Shown here piece by piece: positions 20,281-29,877 of a stretch of DNA of 64,000 nt (its first letter is position 1; the number at the start of each line of letters is the position of its first letter). The stretch covers positions 501-64,500 of the forward strand of contig CALXVR010000005.1 of the NCBI GenBank assembly GCA_944392155.1, given 5' to 3'. The position numbers and the translations under genes are program-made. The notes below the pieces were generated by a model, which saw only the letters and a list, made by a program, of their open reading frames with translations, did not search any database and had not been told where the DNA came from. The stretch comes from an uncultured Alphaproteobacteria bacterium. Lineage in GTDB: Bacteria > Pseudomonadota > Alphaproteobacteria > RF32 > CAG-239.

Positions 20281-22404
20281 ATGGCAAAGAAACCGCAAAA
20301 TAATGCAGCAATGTTCGGCGGCAAATCTTTCAAAGATTTGCTGATATCTTCTACAAAGAGAGGAGATATTTTATTTGCGTTCGGTATTGTCTTGATGTTG
20401 GTCATCTTGATTTTGCCGATGCCTGCTTGGCTGTTGGATATTGCCTTGGCATTATCCATCACGATGGCTTGTATGGTTTTGATGACAGCCATTTTTATTG
20501 AAAAGCCGACCGAGTTTAGTGCTTTCCCATTAGTCTTGCTGATTACGACGATGTATCGTTTGGCGCTGAACTTAGCGTCAACACGTTTGATTCTGTCTCG
20601 AGGCCACTTAGGTCCCAGCGCTGCCGGTGAAGTTATTGAGGCTTTCGGTGGCTTTATCATGGGTAACAGCTTTGTTATCGGTGTAATTGTTTTTGCAATT
20701 TTGGTTATCGTTAACTTCGTCGTCATCACCAAAGGTTCGGGACGTATTGCGGAAGTTGCCGCACGTTTTGCTTTGGACGCAATGCCCGGTAAACAAATGG
20801 CCATAGACGCAGACCTGTCTTCAGGCTTGATTACGGAAGAGGAAGCTCGAGCCAGACGAGAAGATTTAGCCAAAGAAAGCTCTTTCTACGGAGCTATGGA
20901 TGGTGCTTCAAAGTTTGTACGCGGAGATGCGATAGCCGGTTTAATCATTACGTTGATTAATATTGTTGCCGGTATCATTATCGGTATGGTTCAAAATGAT
21001 TTAAGTTTTTCAGAAGCTGCCGAAACTTATACGCGTTTGACGGTTGGTGATGGATTGGTTGCCCAAGTTCCCGCACTGATTATTTCTGTTGCTGCCGGTA
21101 TCTTGGTTTCTAAAGCGGGTATGACTGATGCCACCGATAAAGTTTTGTTTGACCAATTAGCAAACTATCCGAAAGCTCTGGGAATGTCATCATTCTTGGC
21201 TTTGGCTTTAGGAATGTTGCCCGGAACACCTGCTTTCCCGTTTGTTCTGTTAGCCGCCCTGACCGGAGGCACGGCCTACTACCTAAACAAACAACAGCAA
21301 GAGGCTGCCGCGCAAGCACAAGCTGTTATGGAGCAGGAGAAAAAACAAGGAGCAGCAGCAAAGGCCGCAGACGAGCCGATTGCCACAGCTTTAAGAATAG
21401 ACTCAATCCGCCTCGAAATAGGTTATGGTTTGTTACCTTTAATAAATGAAGAAACTAACCGTAAATTAACGGACCAGATTAAGGCCTTGCGCCGTGCTTT
21501 GGCATCAGAGTTAGGCTTTGTTATGCCCTCTATTCGCATTCAGGATAATATGCAACTAGAGGCGAATGAATATAATATTTACATCAAGGAAGTTAAGGCC
21601 GGTAAAGGCGAACTGCGCCCGACACAGCTTTTGGTTATGGACCCGAGAGGTGAGCCGATAACTCTTCCCGGAGAAGCAACGACTGAGCCGACCTTTGGTC
21701 TAAAAGCCATGTGGGTAGACCAGTCATATCGTGAAGAAGCGATGTTTAGAGGTTATACAGTTGTTGATCCGGCAACGGTTGTTACCACGCACATTACTGA
21801 GCTGGTTAAAGATAATATGCCGGAGCTTCTCTCTTATGCCGAAACCCAAAAACTTCTGGATGAGATGGATAAAGACCAACAGAAGTTGGTTAAAGAGCTT
21901 ATCCCAAGCAAAGTCAGCCTTGGCGCGGTTCAACGCATTTTGCAAAATCTGTTGCAAGAAAGAGTTTCTATCAGAGATTTGCCGACTATTTTGGAAGGAA
22001 TATCCGAAGCTGTTTCAACAACCCGCTCTCTGATGATGATAACCGAACACGTAAGAACCCGTTTGGCAAGACAATTATCAAATGCCAATACCAATGAGTT
22101 TGGTGTTATTCCGTTGGTAACTTTATCGCCGGAATGGGAAAGAGCCTTTGCCGAGTCGATTATAGGCGAGGGCGATGAAAGACAACTTGCGATGGCCCCG
22201 ACCGCATTGCAGAGTTTTATTACCAAAGTGCGCAATGTCTTGGAAGATTTGGCCATTAAAGGCGAAACTGCCGTATTGCTTACCAGCCCGGCGATTCGAC
22301 CTTTTGTACGTTCTATTATTGAACGTTTTAGACCTTTAACGGTCGTTATGTCTCAAAACGAGATTCACCCCAAAGCTAAGATTAAAACAGTTGGACAAAT
22401 TTAG
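20281..22404 (+). CDS. flhA: Flagellar export gate protein FlhA
   Basis: RIAEVAARFALDAMPGKQMAIDADL and FYGAMDGASKFVRGDA. Confidence 0.97.
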   Translation: MAKKPQNNAAMFGGKSFKDLLISSTKRGDILFAFGIVLMLVILILPMPAWLLDIALALSITMACMVLMTAIFIEKPTEFSAFPLVLLITTMYRLALNLASTRLILSRGHLGPSAAGEVIEAFGGFIMGNSFVIGVIVFAILVIVNFVVITKGSGRIAEVAARFALDAMPGKQMAIDADLSSGLITEEEARARREDLAKESSFYGAMDGASKFVRGDAIAGLIITLINIVAGIIIGMVQNDLSFSEAAETYTRLTVGDGLVAQVPALIISVAAGILVSKAGMTDATDKVLFDQLANYPKALGMSSFLALALGMLPGTPAFPFVLLAALTGGTAYYLNKQQQEAAAQAQAVMEQEKKQGAAAKAADEPIATALRIDSIRLEIGYGLLPLINEETNRKLTDQIKALRRALASELGFVMPSIRIQDNMQLEANEYNIYIKEVKAGKGELRPTQLLVMDPRGEPITLPGEATTEPTFGLKAMWVDQSYREEAMFRGYTVVDPATVVTTHITELVKDNMPELLSYAETQKLLDEMDKDQQKLVKELIPSKVSLGAVQRILQNLLQERVSIRDLPTILEGISEAVSTTRSLMMITEHVRTRLARQLSNANTNEFGVIPLVTLSPEWERAFAESIIGEGDERQLAMAPTALQSFITKVRNVLEDLAIKGETAVLLTSPAIRPFVRSIIERFRPLTVVMSQNEIHPKAKIKTVGQI

Positions 22405-22415
22405 GGAGATAGGTT

Positions 22416-23372
22416 GTGCGTATTAAGAAGATCACAGCCCCCGATATGCCGACGGCCTTGTCTGTTATTAGAGAGACTTTGGGAGCAGATGCTGTCATTA
22501 TTTCTGAAGAACATAACGCTCAAGGCGAGCTGGAGTTAACCGTTGCGTTGGAAGAAGCGGAAGAAATTTCTTTTGATAAGGAAGAAAAGACAGAAGTCAG
22601 ACAAGCCAAATGGAAATATGATGACGACGCACTGCGCGAAAGCTTAGATTATCATTGTTTGCTGGATGTGGTTAAGGAACGGATTTTAGCTCGTTGCCGC
22701 AAAATAGCCGCAGAAGAAAATATCCGTGGCGATAAAGAGTTATTGGCACAGTGTTTTGCAAAAATGTTTAAGTTTCATGATGTCTTGGATTGCAAACAAC
22801 CGGTCAAAATGTTTATGGGCGTTCCCGGCTCCGGAAAATCTACGGCCATAGCTAAGGTAGCCACTCAGGCCAAGCTGCAAAAGTTAAGCGCCTGCATTAT
22901 CTCAACGGACAATGTCAGGGCCGGAGCCAATAATCAGTTGGAAGCCTTTGCAAATATTTTAGGAACAAATTTTCGTTTTGTAAAAACCCCGCGGGGATTA
23001 TATGACATGGTCGAAGAAGCCAAGCAAAAATATGCTTTGGTTTTGATAGATACCCCCGGAATTAATCCGTTTCTGACTGAAGAAGTTGAAAAAGTAAGCC
23101 TGATGTCTGAAGCTGTGCGTGCTGACATGATTTTAACGATGGATGCCGGTAAAAATACAATGGAAGCAGTAGAAATTGCCGATGTCTTTGCCGAGATTGG
23201 CGCGAAATACTTATTGCCGACAAGGCTGGATTTAACGCGCCGAATTGGTGCGTTATTATCTGTTGCCGCATGTTGCGATTTTGGGTTTTGCGGAGCAAGT
23301 GTTAGCTCAAGCATAGCCAAAGGTTTATCTAAAGTAGATAACACCTCTCTGGCCAAATTGGTTTTGTCCTGA
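22416..23372 (+). CDS. flhF: SRP-family GTPase FlhF
   Basis: MRIKKITAPDM B-domain, GVPGSGKST, DTPG, TRLD. Confidence 0.9.
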   Translation: MRIKKITAPDMPTALSVIRETLGADAVIISEEHNAQGELELTVALEEAEEISFDKEEKTEVRQAKWKYDDDALRESLDYHCLLDVVKERILARCRKIAAEENIRGDKELLAQCFAKMFKFHDVLDCKQPVKMFMGVPGSGKSTAIAKVATQAKLQKLSACIISTDNVRAGANNQLEAFANILGTNFRFVKTPRGLYDMVEEAKQKYALVLIDTPGINPFLTEEVEKVSLMSEAVRADMILTMDAGKNTMEAVEIADVFAEIGAKYLLPTRLDLTRRIGALLSVAACCDFGFCGASVSSSIAKGLSKVDNTSLAKLVLS

Positions 23373-23389
23373 ACGATAGGAGAAAAAAG

Positions 23390-24199
23390 ATGGAAGAAAA
23401 AGTGCAGGAAGAATTACGAATAATGCCGCGAGGCGGAATGCCGAGAGCTGCGCGCAAAGGCCGTAATATGATAGCTGTCGCTTCAGGCAAAGGCGGTGTC
23501 GGAAAAACATGGTTTTCCATTACTCTGGCGCATGCGTTAAGCGGCTTAAGACAAAAAACACTTTTGTTTGACGGTGATTTAGGCTTGGCGAATATAGACA
23601 TACAATTGGGCCTGATGGTTAAGGATGATTTAGGCAGCGTTATCAGTGGAGCCAAAACGCTCAATCAGGTTGTGCACCATTGCGACAAAACGCATTTTGA
23701 CATTATCGCCGGTCGTTCCGGTTCAGCGGGCTTAGCTTCCATGCCGATAGGAAGGTTACAGATTTTAGGTGAAGATTTGTCGCTTTTGGCATCAAATTAT
23801 AATAAGGTTATTCTGGATATGGGCGCCGGAGTAGAAAAGCCTGTGCGTATTTTATCCGGCATGGCAGAGAAAATTATTGTACTTTGCACCGGAGAGCCGA
23901 CATCTTTAACCGATGCCTATGCTTTTATTAAAATAATGGCAATGCAATATCCGAAATGTAATTTAAATGTTGTGATAAATCAGGCAAATTCTGTAAGAGA
24001 GGGACAACGCACTTATGATACTTTGCTTAAGGCTTGCCGTAACTTTTTGAAAATATCGCCGGAGCTTTTAGGCATCATCAGACATGATACAAGAGTGCGC
24101 GATTCTATCCGCAATCAAACCCCGCTGATAAACCGTTATCCAACCTCGGAAGCGGCAGAAGATGTTATAGAGATAGCAAGGAAATTGATAGATGAGTAA
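23390..24199 (+). CDS. flhG: MinD-like ATPase FlhG/FleN
   Basis: SGKGGVGKT, DGDLGLAN, EPTSLTDAYA. Confidence 0.9.
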   Translation: MEEKVQEELRIMPRGGMPRAARKGRNMIAVASGKGGVGKTWFSITLAHALSGLRQKTLLFDGDLGLANIDIQLGLMVKDDLGSVISGAKTLNQVVHHCDKTHFDIIAGRSGSAGLASMPIGRLQILGEDLSLLASNYNKVILDMGAGVEKPVRILSGMAEKIIVLCTGEPTSLTDAYAFIKIMAMQYPKCNLNVVINQANSVREGQRTYDTLLKACRNFLKISPELLGIIRHDTRVRDSIRNQTPLINRYPTSEAAEDVIEIARKLIDE

Positions 24200-25799
24200 T
24201 GTTATTCCGCCACTGAACACGCCGCAAATAAGCACGCCGACAACAGACAAACCCATCACCGGCAGCATAGAAAATTTGGGCGGACAGTTAGGCGGAGAAA
24301 GTATTACCGTAGGACAAAGCGCGATGTTGGAGGTTCTATCTTCAGCCAAGCAAAATGCCTTAAAAAACTTTTCGGGCACAATCAGCCTAACCATCAACAA
24401 CCAACTTGTAAAAATTCCCGTCGAACTGAAGTTAGATATCCCCATCAAACTTCCTTCAGCCATGCCGACGGATAATCTGGAATTAAAACTGCAGCCGCAA
24501 AAAGACGGGACTATTGCGGTCAAGCTTGTGTCGGTAAACAACGAAAACCCGACAAAATTTATTGTACCACAAACCGAAAATTTGCCTAAAGGCGAAATGG
24601 CTCAAGCCGTTATTAAGGATACAAACGCCAAACTTCCGCCGATGGAAACCACACCTTTAAGAGCGGAAAATGTACTTGAAAAAATGGCAACGGAGTTAAA
24701 AATTCCACAAGCCAAAGTTCAGCCCTTGTTACAAGAATTTGCCAATCTGTCCTCGCGTGTCTCTGTCAGCTTGCAACCCCAACAAGCATCCGAAATGCCA
24801 CAGCCAAATCTTAAGCCGCAAGTTATAAATATTCAAAACATATTAAAAGCATTCGGTGAGGGAAAAATTAATCTGCAAGAAGCCGTAGGGCAGATTAAGA
24901 CAGAATTAAGCGGTTTAAGAGGTCAGACCTTTGTTGTGCCGAGTGAAGTTAGACCGGATAATGGTATGGTCTTGCTCAAAACACCTTTGGCAGAGCTTCC
25001 GCTGAATAATCCGCCCAAGCTGGGCAATGGTCTGCCTTTGCTGTTGGAAATAGAGGGTTTTGAGGAAGTATTGCCCAAATTAACCGAGGCTTTAACGGAA
25101 CAAACTTCGGTTACGCATAATGTTACCAAAAATGCCGTGCCGGATAATATTATGAAGATTCTAAAGCCTCTGATTAACGCCGGACAGCAGGAATTAGCAG
25201 CGGCTGTATTAAATAAAATTCCTGAGCCGTCATCTCCGAAGATGTTGGCCAATATGGTGTCATATATCAAAGCCGGAAGTGAACATAATTTAAGCAAATG
25301 GTTAGGTTCGGAGATTGTTGATAAACTAAGCGCCACCAAAGAGGGCAGAGAGGTTGTCGCCAAATTGGGAACAATGTTTGTCTCTTCCAATCAGGATGGT
25401 ATAAATTGGCGGATTATGGAAGTCCCCGTACTTAATGGGCAGGCAATTAATAAAATCAGAATAGCCGTCAAAAAAATTCTGGATGAGGAAGAAAAGAAAA
25501 AACGCAAAGAAAACAGATTATATGGCACGCGTTTTGTGGTGGATACCAACTTCAGCCGTTTAGGCTCTTTCCAGTTTGATGGTTTTGCCTTGGCTAAAGA
25601 TAAAAGGTTTGACTTGGTGATTAGAACCGAGCGTGAAATAGATTCTGATTTCTGCGCCAACATTATGCGTTTGTTTAAGAATACGTTATATGAGGAAGGA
25701 TATTCCGGTAACGTTAAAATTAATGTTAAAGAAAAGTTTATTAAAGTATGCGAAGATAACGCCGAGAATGAAATTTTAGCAGACGGAATTTTCATATGA
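24192..25799 (+). CDS. Hypothetical protein with a FliK-like C-terminal domain
   Basis: Pro-rich N-terminal region; C-terminal RFVVDTNFSRLGSFQFDG...FDLVIRTE; overlaps the flhG stop. Confidence 0.5.
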   Translation: MSNVIPPLNTPQISTPTTDKPITGSIENLGGQLGGESITVGQSAMLEVLSSAKQNALKNFSGTISLTINNQLVKIPVELKLDIPIKLPSAMPTDNLELKLQPQKDGTIAVKLVSVNNENPTKFIVPQTENLPKGEMAQAVIKDTNAKLPPMETTPLRAENVLEKMATELKIPQAKVQPLLQEFANLSSRVSVSLQPQQASEMPQPNLKPQVINIQNILKAFGEGKINLQEAVGQIKTELSGLRGQTFVVPSEVRPDNGMVLLKTPLAELPLNNPPKLGNGLPLLLEIEGFEEVLPKLTEALTEQTSVTHNVTKNAVPDNIMKILKPLINAGQQELAAAVLNKIPEPSSPKMLANMVSYIKAGSEHNLSKWLGSEIVDKLSATKEGREVVAKLGTMFVSSNQDGINWRIMEVPVLNGQAINKIRIAVKKILDEEEKKKRKENRLYGTRFVVDTNFSRLGSFQFDGFALAKDKRFDLVIRTEREIDSDFCANIMRLFKNTLYEEGYSGNVKINVKEKFIKVCEDNAENEILADGIFI

Positions 25800-26980
25800 G
25801 CAAGATAGAAAACAAAACATTTTCTTTTGATCCCTTAGGTTATTATGCCATTTTGGGCGTGGCATATAATGCCGGAGAGGAAGAGATAAAGCAAAATTAT
25901 CGTGAGCAAGCCAAAGTTTTGCACCCGGATCGCAATCCTGATGAAAATGCTTTGGAGAAGTTTCAAAAATTATCCGTAGCTTACGATGTGTTAAAAGATG
26001 AAACTTCACGTCTGATATATGATTTGATGGCGCAGGCTCACCCGAAAGAGAGCTTCCCGGATATCAATGCCCTAAAGGCGTATAAAAATCGCAGCGGAGA
26101 GGAAGATATAAGTGTCCGAGCTTTGGTTTTGCGACAAGTAACTGGAAAAATAATCAAATTTTCAGATGTCGAAAATTATGAAATTTGCAATTTTAAAGAG
26201 GCGCAAACTGCCGTCTTGTTAGCATCTGTTTCCAATTGGGTTTTGGGTTGGTGGCACCCCAAAGCTTTTGGAAGAAACGTGCTGGCCTTAATTGAAAATA
26301 TTAAAGGGATTAATGCCAATCGTCAGGACAACTTTACTCTGCTTGCACATAATGCGGTGGCTTATTGGGAAGATGGCAAAAAAGAGCCGGCGTTGTTATC
26401 CGCTTTGCAGGCCGGAGCCTATGCCAACGCTTATCAAAGATCATTGTTAAATAAATTTATAGCAATGCTGAATATCAGAACATCAGCTAAAATTCCATTA
26501 TGGAAATGGGGACGTTTAAAGGCTATTCAGCTGATAATTCCTTTTTCGCTGGTTCTCGCTGTTTTATTTTCATTAAGCAGTAAGGTCGTAACAGATTCTG
26601 AGCTGGCAAAATATTTTGCTAAGAAGAATGAAATAACCTATTTTCAGCAAGTCCAGTTCCGTACCGGCGGAGAGACGGTGGATGATATGGTGGTGGGAAG
26701 AATTATAGATTTACCTCCGGATCCGGAAGATACAAGGCTTTTATATCATACAACAACGGAAGTCAAAGCCATGTACGGTCCTTCTGACAATTTTGATGTT
26801 ATGACAACTCTGAAACCTCGGCAAACAGTGCGCATGACAGGATATTCTCCTGATAACATCTGGTACAGAGTACAAATTGACAACGGTGAAATGGGTTTTG
26901 TTCGAGCAGAGTTTTTAAAAAAAGGTATCGGAGCCAAAATTCCTGATGGTAGCAAAGTTTATACCGGACCTGAACTCTGA
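25796..26980 (+). CDS. J-domain membrane protein with a C-terminal SH3b domain
   Basis: YYAILGV...HPDRN J-domain, GWW membrane segment, TM helix, GPSDNFDVMTTL...WYRVQIDNGEMGFV SH3b. Confidence 0.8.
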   Translation: MSKIENKTFSFDPLGYYAILGVAYNAGEEEIKQNYREQAKVLHPDRNPDENALEKFQKLSVAYDVLKDETSRLIYDLMAQAHPKESFPDINALKAYKNRSGEEDISVRALVLRQVTGKIIKFSDVENYEICNFKEAQTAVLLASVSNWVLGWWHPKAFGRNVLALIENIKGINANRQDNFTLLAHNAVAYWEDGKKEPALLSALQAGAYANAYQRSLLNKFIAMLNIRTSAKIPLWKWGRLKAIQLIIPFSLVLAVLFSLSSKVVTDSELAKYFAKKNEITYFQQVQFRTGGETVDDMVVGRIIDLPPDPEDTRLLYHTTTEVKAMYGPSDNFDVMTTLKPRQTVRMTGYSPDNIWYRVQIDNGEMGFVRAEFLKKGIGAKIPDGSKVYTGPEL

Positions 26981-27020
26981 TAATCTTGTGTATAAAAAAA
27001 GATGTTTTGTCTATTTTGGC

Positions 27021-27048
27021 TTGACAGAAAATATCACCGTACTATATT
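27021..27048 (+). promoter_or_regulatory. Sigma70-type promoter
   Basis: TTGACA-16 nt-TATATT upstream of ORF 27154. Confidence 0.6.
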
Positions 27049-27153
27049 CAGCAATACAAAAGCTATTATTAGGGATGAATTTTAGACTAAAATCTTATTT
27101 CAAAAACCTAAAAATAGCGAAAAAAGATTGTTGAACTTTTAAATAAAATCTGT

Positions 27154-27498
27154 ATGGAAGCAAAAAAATTTTCCGTAAACGGCGGTCTGATTGTTTCAAC
27201 AGACAGAGTACCGAGAGTTGTTCATGCTGCGGTTCGTCGTGGTTCTTCTGAGGTATACGGACGTTACGAAGTCGGACGTTCATATGTTGCCAAAGTTGAA
27301 AATGATAAAGTACAATTTCCAATATTCAACGCGGAAGAAAAAGCCAAAATCAAAATCGTCTGCCAAGGAGATTTGAAGTTGGAGAATGGCAAATACTACG
27401 AATTTTTGCTGATAAAAGTAATGTTTGTAGCTTGCCGGAGACTGGAAAAAATCAAATTTCGCGCCCTTCGTGAGGTTACACCCGACGAATGGGAATAG
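27154..27498 (+). CDS. Hypothetical protein (114 aa)
   Basis: Has its own promoter and a downstream hairpin (about 27518-27560); no family recognised. Confidence 0.6.
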   Translation: MEAKKFSVNGGLIVSTDRVPRVVHAAVRRGSSEVYGRYEVGRSYVAKVENDKVQFPIFNAEEKAKIKIVCQGDLKLENGKYYEFLLIKVMFVACRRLEKIKFRALREVTPDEWE

Positions 27499-27580
27499 AA
27501 GTAAGATTAACTTAAACAAAAAGCTTTTCATTGGTTGCACACCTTTGAAAAGCTTTTTTGTTTTTATAAAGATAAAGAAG

Positions 27581-28363
27581 CTAAAGTTTAATCTGAGTAA
27601 CGGATTTTGCCAAGCCCGTAGCATCATCGGTTTCAACAAAAATCCCAAACAAAGTTCCCTTTCCTTTGGCCGGAACAAGGCGTCCGCCCGTATAACGACG
27701 ATTTAAGCGATTGATGGGTTCTTCAACTTCAAATCCCAGCACAGACTCATAATCGCCGCACATTCCGACATCCGTAATATAAGCGGTTCCTTTGGGCAAA
27801 ACTCTGGCATCAGCCGTAGGCACATGTGTATGAGTTCCGGCCACAACGGAGACGCGTCCGTCCAGAAAATAACCCATAGCCAGTTTTTCGGAAGTTGCTT
27901 CAGCATGAATATCAACCAAAATGGCTGAGATGTTTTTGCCGAGCGTATAGTTCTTCAAAAGTTTCTCAATCGCTTGTGCCGGACAATCTACGGCTTCCAT
28001 AAACAAGCGTCCCAGCACTTGGGCAACCAAGATTTTTTTGCCATTCGCAAGCTCAATTTCAATAGCGCCGCGTCCGGGCAAACCCTCAGGATAGTTTAGC
28101 GGGCGCACAATCTTTTTACAGTCATTAAGAAAGGGAATAATATCTCGTTGCTGCCAAACATGGTTTCCCGTAACCAAAGCATCAACGCCTTTTTCTAAAA
28201 AGTCTCGGCAAATTCCTGGACTGACACCAAAACCATGTGCGGCATTTTCCACATTAACCACAATCACGTCCGGCTTATAAATTTCACGAAGTTTAGGCAG
28301 GTTATTAAGGACAGCTTCCCGACCGGCTCGTCCGACCACATCGCCACAATAAATGATTTTCAC
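27581..28363 (-). CDS. ymdB: YmdB-family metallophosphoesterase
   Basis: GDVVGRAGR, NVENAAHGFG, GNH, DIHAEATSEK, GTHTH. Confidence 0.93.
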   Translation of the reverse strand: MKIIYCGDVVGRAGREAVLNNLPKLREIYKPDVIVVNVENAAHGFGVSPGICRDFLEKGVDALVTGNHVWQQRDIIPFLNDCKKIVRPLNYPEGLPGRGAIEIELANGKKILVAQVLGRLFMEAVDCPAQAIEKLLKNYTLGKNISAILVDIHAEATSEKLAMGYFLDGRVSVVAGTHTHVPTADARVLPKGTAYITDVGMCGDYESVLGFEVEEPINRLNRRYTGGRLVPAKGKGTLFGIFVETDDATGLAKSVTQIKL

Positions 28364-28394
28364 TTAAACAAACTTTCAAAATATTTTAAAACGC

Positions 28395-28415
28395 AAAAAT
28401 CCCGCAACGGGATTT
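28395..28415 (-). terminator. Hairpin and U-tract after 6S RNA
   Basis: AAATCCCG-ttg-CGGGATTT then TT on the minus strand. Confidence 0.6.
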
Positions 28416-28424
28416 ATAAAAAAT

Positions 28425-28583
28425 GGAGGGGCCGTCTCAGCCGTATAATGACATTCTTATCGAACCGCTTCTCACAAAGTGGGTGCCATATAATTAAACC
28501 AGGGTCTAAACAGTGACAGCTCCCTAAATAAAAATGTTGGCTCGGAAGATCTGCGGAAACAACGCACCGGACAGCTCGCCTCC
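28425..28583 (-). ncRNA. ssrS: 6S RNA
   Basis: Lies directly downstream of zapA; ends pair (GGAGG/CCTCC); alphaproteobacterial 6S motifs GGTGCGTTGTTTCC, GGGAGCTGTC and ATGGCACCCAC. Confidence 0.85.
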
Positions 28584-28595
28584 TATGCCCATAGC

Positions 28596-28949
28596 TTACA
28601 ATGATTCTATTTGATTTGCAACAAAATTTATTTGCTTTGCAATCTTATCCAGAGCCTCTGCCGTAAGCTTATCCGTTTCAAGGAGTCGCTGCTTATCAAA
28701 AGCTGCGGGTGCGGCGGTTTGAGCAATTACCGGAGCCGGATTCCCTTTGCGTAATTCGGACAATTCGTCAGCCAACAGCAACCCGACCATTGCGAGCAAC
28801 ATATTTTCATTAACTTGTCCGCTCGCTTGTGTTAAAAGCTTTGCTTTTTCATCAAGCATACGAGCCAATTGCAAAATGCGAACCTCTTGTCCGTCCTCGC
28901 AAGCGACGGCATATTCGCGTGAATTAATTGTTATTGTTACTTGAGCCAT
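28596..28949 (-). CDS. zapA: Cell division protein ZapA
   Basis: MAQVTITINSREYAVACEDGQE...MLLAMVGLLLADE. Confidence 0.93.
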   Translation of the reverse strand: MAQVTITINSREYAVACEDGQEVRILQLARMLDEKAKLLTQASGQVNENMLLAMVGLLLADELSELRKGNPAPVIAQTAAPAAFDKQRLLETDKLTAEALDKIAKQINFVANQIESL

Positions 28950-29193
28950 TGTTTTCCAATACGTTGTCTAGTTTCAAAATAATCTCGTCCATCTGTCCGA
29001 TGATGTTGGCGGAGTTTTCTTTCAAAAAGGCTATTTTATCTTCGCTTTCTTTGAGTTTGCCTTCGCAATTTTTCTTCTGCAACGCCAGCTCTTCTTTCTT
29101 GGCTGAAAGTACGGAGCTGAGGCGGTCTAAGGCTTCGCTGAGTGCGGCAATTGCGTCGGAAGTCATCGGTAAATCGGAATTTTTTACGTCCAT
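28924..29193 (-). CDS. Small coiled-coil protein upstream of zapA (DUF4164/ZapB-like)
   Basis: Heptad-rich 89 aa from MDVKNS; occupies the usual pre-zapA position. Confidence 0.6.
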   Translation of the reverse strand: MDVKNSDLPMTSDAIAALSEALDRLSSVLSAKKEELALQKKNCEGKLKESEDKIAFLKENSANIIGQMDEIILKLDNVLENNGSSNNNN

Positions 29194-29285
29194 AATCAAA
29201 ATTCTCTTTCTTTTACAAGATTCTTTAAGTATATTGAAGAGCATATTATAACATAAAAAATCAATTACAAGCGGCAAACGAAATT

Positions 29286-29828
29286 ATGCAAAAGTTTATT
29301 ATCACAATCACCGAAGAAAATGATGAGCTGATTCAAGATTCTGCCATAGAATGTTATCTTTTAACATCAAGTTTGAGCAAGAAGTTTATGTCAGACTTTG
29401 CTAAAAAGGCGGCTCAGGCTCAAAAATTAGTTTTGGTGCAAGGTGAAAATGCACCGGCTTTAAGCAAAGAATTAGGGCTGGATGGTTTTGTTTTGGATGT
29501 GTCTCATTCAGAGAAGATAAAGGCAGAATTTGAAAAAGCCAAAAAAGCGGCCGGGAGTGATAAGGTTTCGGGTTTAATCGTGCGCAACCGTCGCCACGAG
29601 GCAATGATAGCGAGCGAATGTGAGCCCGATTTTATAATCTTTCAGGCTTGGAAGGAAGGACTGGAGCATACTCAAGAACTTGTGTCATGGTACTCGGAAT
29701 TATTTTTAATTCAGTCGGCGATTCTCTGCGAAGAAGATGTGGATTTTGAAAAAATAAATGCCGATATTGTGATATTAAATGACAAGTCATATAAGATTTT
29801 TGTTGCTAAAAAGCAAAGATTAGATTAA
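29286..29828 (+). CDS. Degenerate thiamine-phosphate-synthase-like TIM barrel
   Basis: GLDGFVL, RNRRHEAMIASECEPDFIIF and WYSEL match the alphaproteobacterial ThiE-like gene found before efp; catalytic motifs are eroded. Confidence 0.6.
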   Translation: MQKFIITITEENDELIQDSAIECYLLTSSLSKKFMSDFAKKAAQAQKLVLVQGENAPALSKELGLDGFVLDVSHSEKIKAEFEKAKKAAGSDKVSGLIVRNRRHEAMIASECEPDFIIFQAWKEGLEHTQELVSWYSELFLIQSAILCEEDVDFEKINADIVILNDKSYKIFVAKKQRLD

Positions 29829-29877
29829 TTTGCCCTTAATCATTTCATTTCAAAAATTGTAAATATGGAGAATAAAT

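Noticed and set aside
29825-29839. Perfect TTAA-N7-TTAA upstream of efp
   Set aside because: Overlaps a stop codon in AT-rich DNA where chance matches are expected, and efp is not a typical CtrA target
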